Assembly (NCBI RefSeq): GCF_009914755.1
Contig: NC_060932.1
DNA from: the human T2T-CHM13v2.0 reference genome, Homo sapiens
Length of the DNA stretch: 64,000 nucleotides
Direction: 5' to 3' (one strand)
Positions 62,089 through 64,000 of the stretch are shown here, piece by piece. The position numbers and the translations under genes were made by a program. The notes beneath the pieces are model-generated. The model was not told where the DNA came from and ran no database searches. It saw only the letters and a list, made by a program, of their open reading frames with translations. Position 1 is the stretch's first letter, and every line of letters starts with the position of its first letter.

Positions 62089-63379
62089 TCAATTAGCTTA
62101 TTTCTATGCAGGTCTTGAACTTATTTCTAAGCTCAGTTTTTAGCAGTGGAAGTAGTGAGTCAAAGGAATGTGCATCTTTATATTTTAGTAAATATTTCTA
62201 AGTTCTCAACAAAGGTAGCACCAATTTTAACCCCCTACAACAACCTGTGGAAAGACCTGTGTCCTTTTACCATTACCAACATTGGATATTTTCTTTTTAA
62301 TTTTTGCCAGTCCAATAGGTTAAAAAAATAGTATCTCTTTGCTTCAATTTATATTTCTTCAGGAGTGAAATTGATCATTTCATATTTATTATTTATGTGG
62401 ATTTGATACAGGACCTAATTGTCTATTTTTGTTAGAGTTTTCAGCAGTTTTTAATGACATATAACAGCTATTTGTAAATTAAGAAAGTTTAGCCCTTCAT
62501 AATATATGTTGCAAAACTATTTTCTTTGTGTTATATATTTTAATTTTTATAATGTTTGTGGTTTTTTGCTGTGGAAACATTGAACACTTTTAATTAGCTA
62601 TACTCATCAATGTTTTCATTCATTGCCTTCTGGGTATTTTATTGTACCCTGTTTAGAAAGGCCTTCACTCCAAATTCATAAATAAACCCACTTGTCTTTT
62701 CTTCTATTTATTTGTTGTTACACATGTTGCTTCATTTTTTACATTTAAAACTTTGGTCCATTTTAGAATTTATTTTCGTGTAAAGAATTAGACTACAGAT
62801 CTAGCTCAAATTGTTTTCCCAAATAGCTCTCCCTTTCTACTCCATTTCTGTAAGTAAGCAAGTAGAAGAAAAGACCATAGGTCAAGGAAGGAAGGAATTG
62901 TGGATATACCTGAGGCATGACTTTAGTGCGGATGTTTCTTGTTTGCCATACTCAGTCCTCCTATCAGCGCTATGGGTTAGGATAATTCCTTCCATGTTAC
63001 TTACAGGCAAGACACAGATGCTGATGTTTTCTAAGAATTCACAAATATACATACAGCTAGTCAGGAGTAGAGATTAGATATGGACTTACATAGGACTCAG
63101 TTCAGGGATTCTGGAAAACCTTCCCAGAAGGGCTGATGTTACTGAGCCTGGAAATACGGTAGAATTTGGCAATACGGGAGAAGCCTTAGCATCCGGGTCT
63201 GAAACATGTAGATGGGAAGGTTGTTCCATGCGTGAGGAACAGTTCAGTTTTGGCTGGAGTGGGTGTGCCATATAGGAAGGAGGAAGTGGGGAAACGAGGC
63301 TGGAGACGCAAACTCCAGTCAGATTATGGAAAGTCTTTGATGCCAGGCTAAGGAAGTTGAGCCTTATCACATCAGAGTG

Positions 63380-63872
<493 letters not shown>

Positions 63873-64000
63873 TAAAAGAGATGAAAGAAGATGCCAGGAT
63901 TACTCACAGAACGTATTCCTCCTCCCAGTGATGGTTGGGAGGAAGTAGAAAGTGCTTAGGCTTTGGGCTGAGTCAGATCCAAATTCATACCTAATCTTCA

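Overview
Human (primate) genomic DNA, AT-rich and dense in Alu, L1, LTR and DNA-transposon remnants. I recognise it as the PSKH2 / ATP6V0D2 locus (8q21). Two protein-coding genes point away from each other, with start codons about 29 kb apart. PSKH2 is on the minus strand (coding exon 1 15040-14856, exon 2 10049-9383; the last exon is not in the window) and encodes a CAMK-family kinase domain with HRN in place of the catalytic HRD (N183), i.e. a pseudokinase. ATP6V0D2, the V-ATPase V0 d2 subunit, is on the plus strand (coding exon 1 44376-44505, exon 2 59106-59277, continuing beyond the window). Almost all other ORFs in the track are translations of repeats. I see no convincing evidence of a wholly new biological system. 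The most notable non-gene structures are: a twin-primed (5'-inverted) L1 with a recoverable target-site duplication (TSD); a tailless 5S rRNA retrocopy with a 15-bp TSD; a MADE1 hairpin split by a nearly tail-less Alu; a nested ~174-bp inverted repeat; reused retroelement insertion sites; a candidate CTCF site between the genes; and a weak ATP6V0D2 start codon followed by a strong out-of-frame AUG. Repeat family names come from recalled consensus sequences and their boundaries are approximate.
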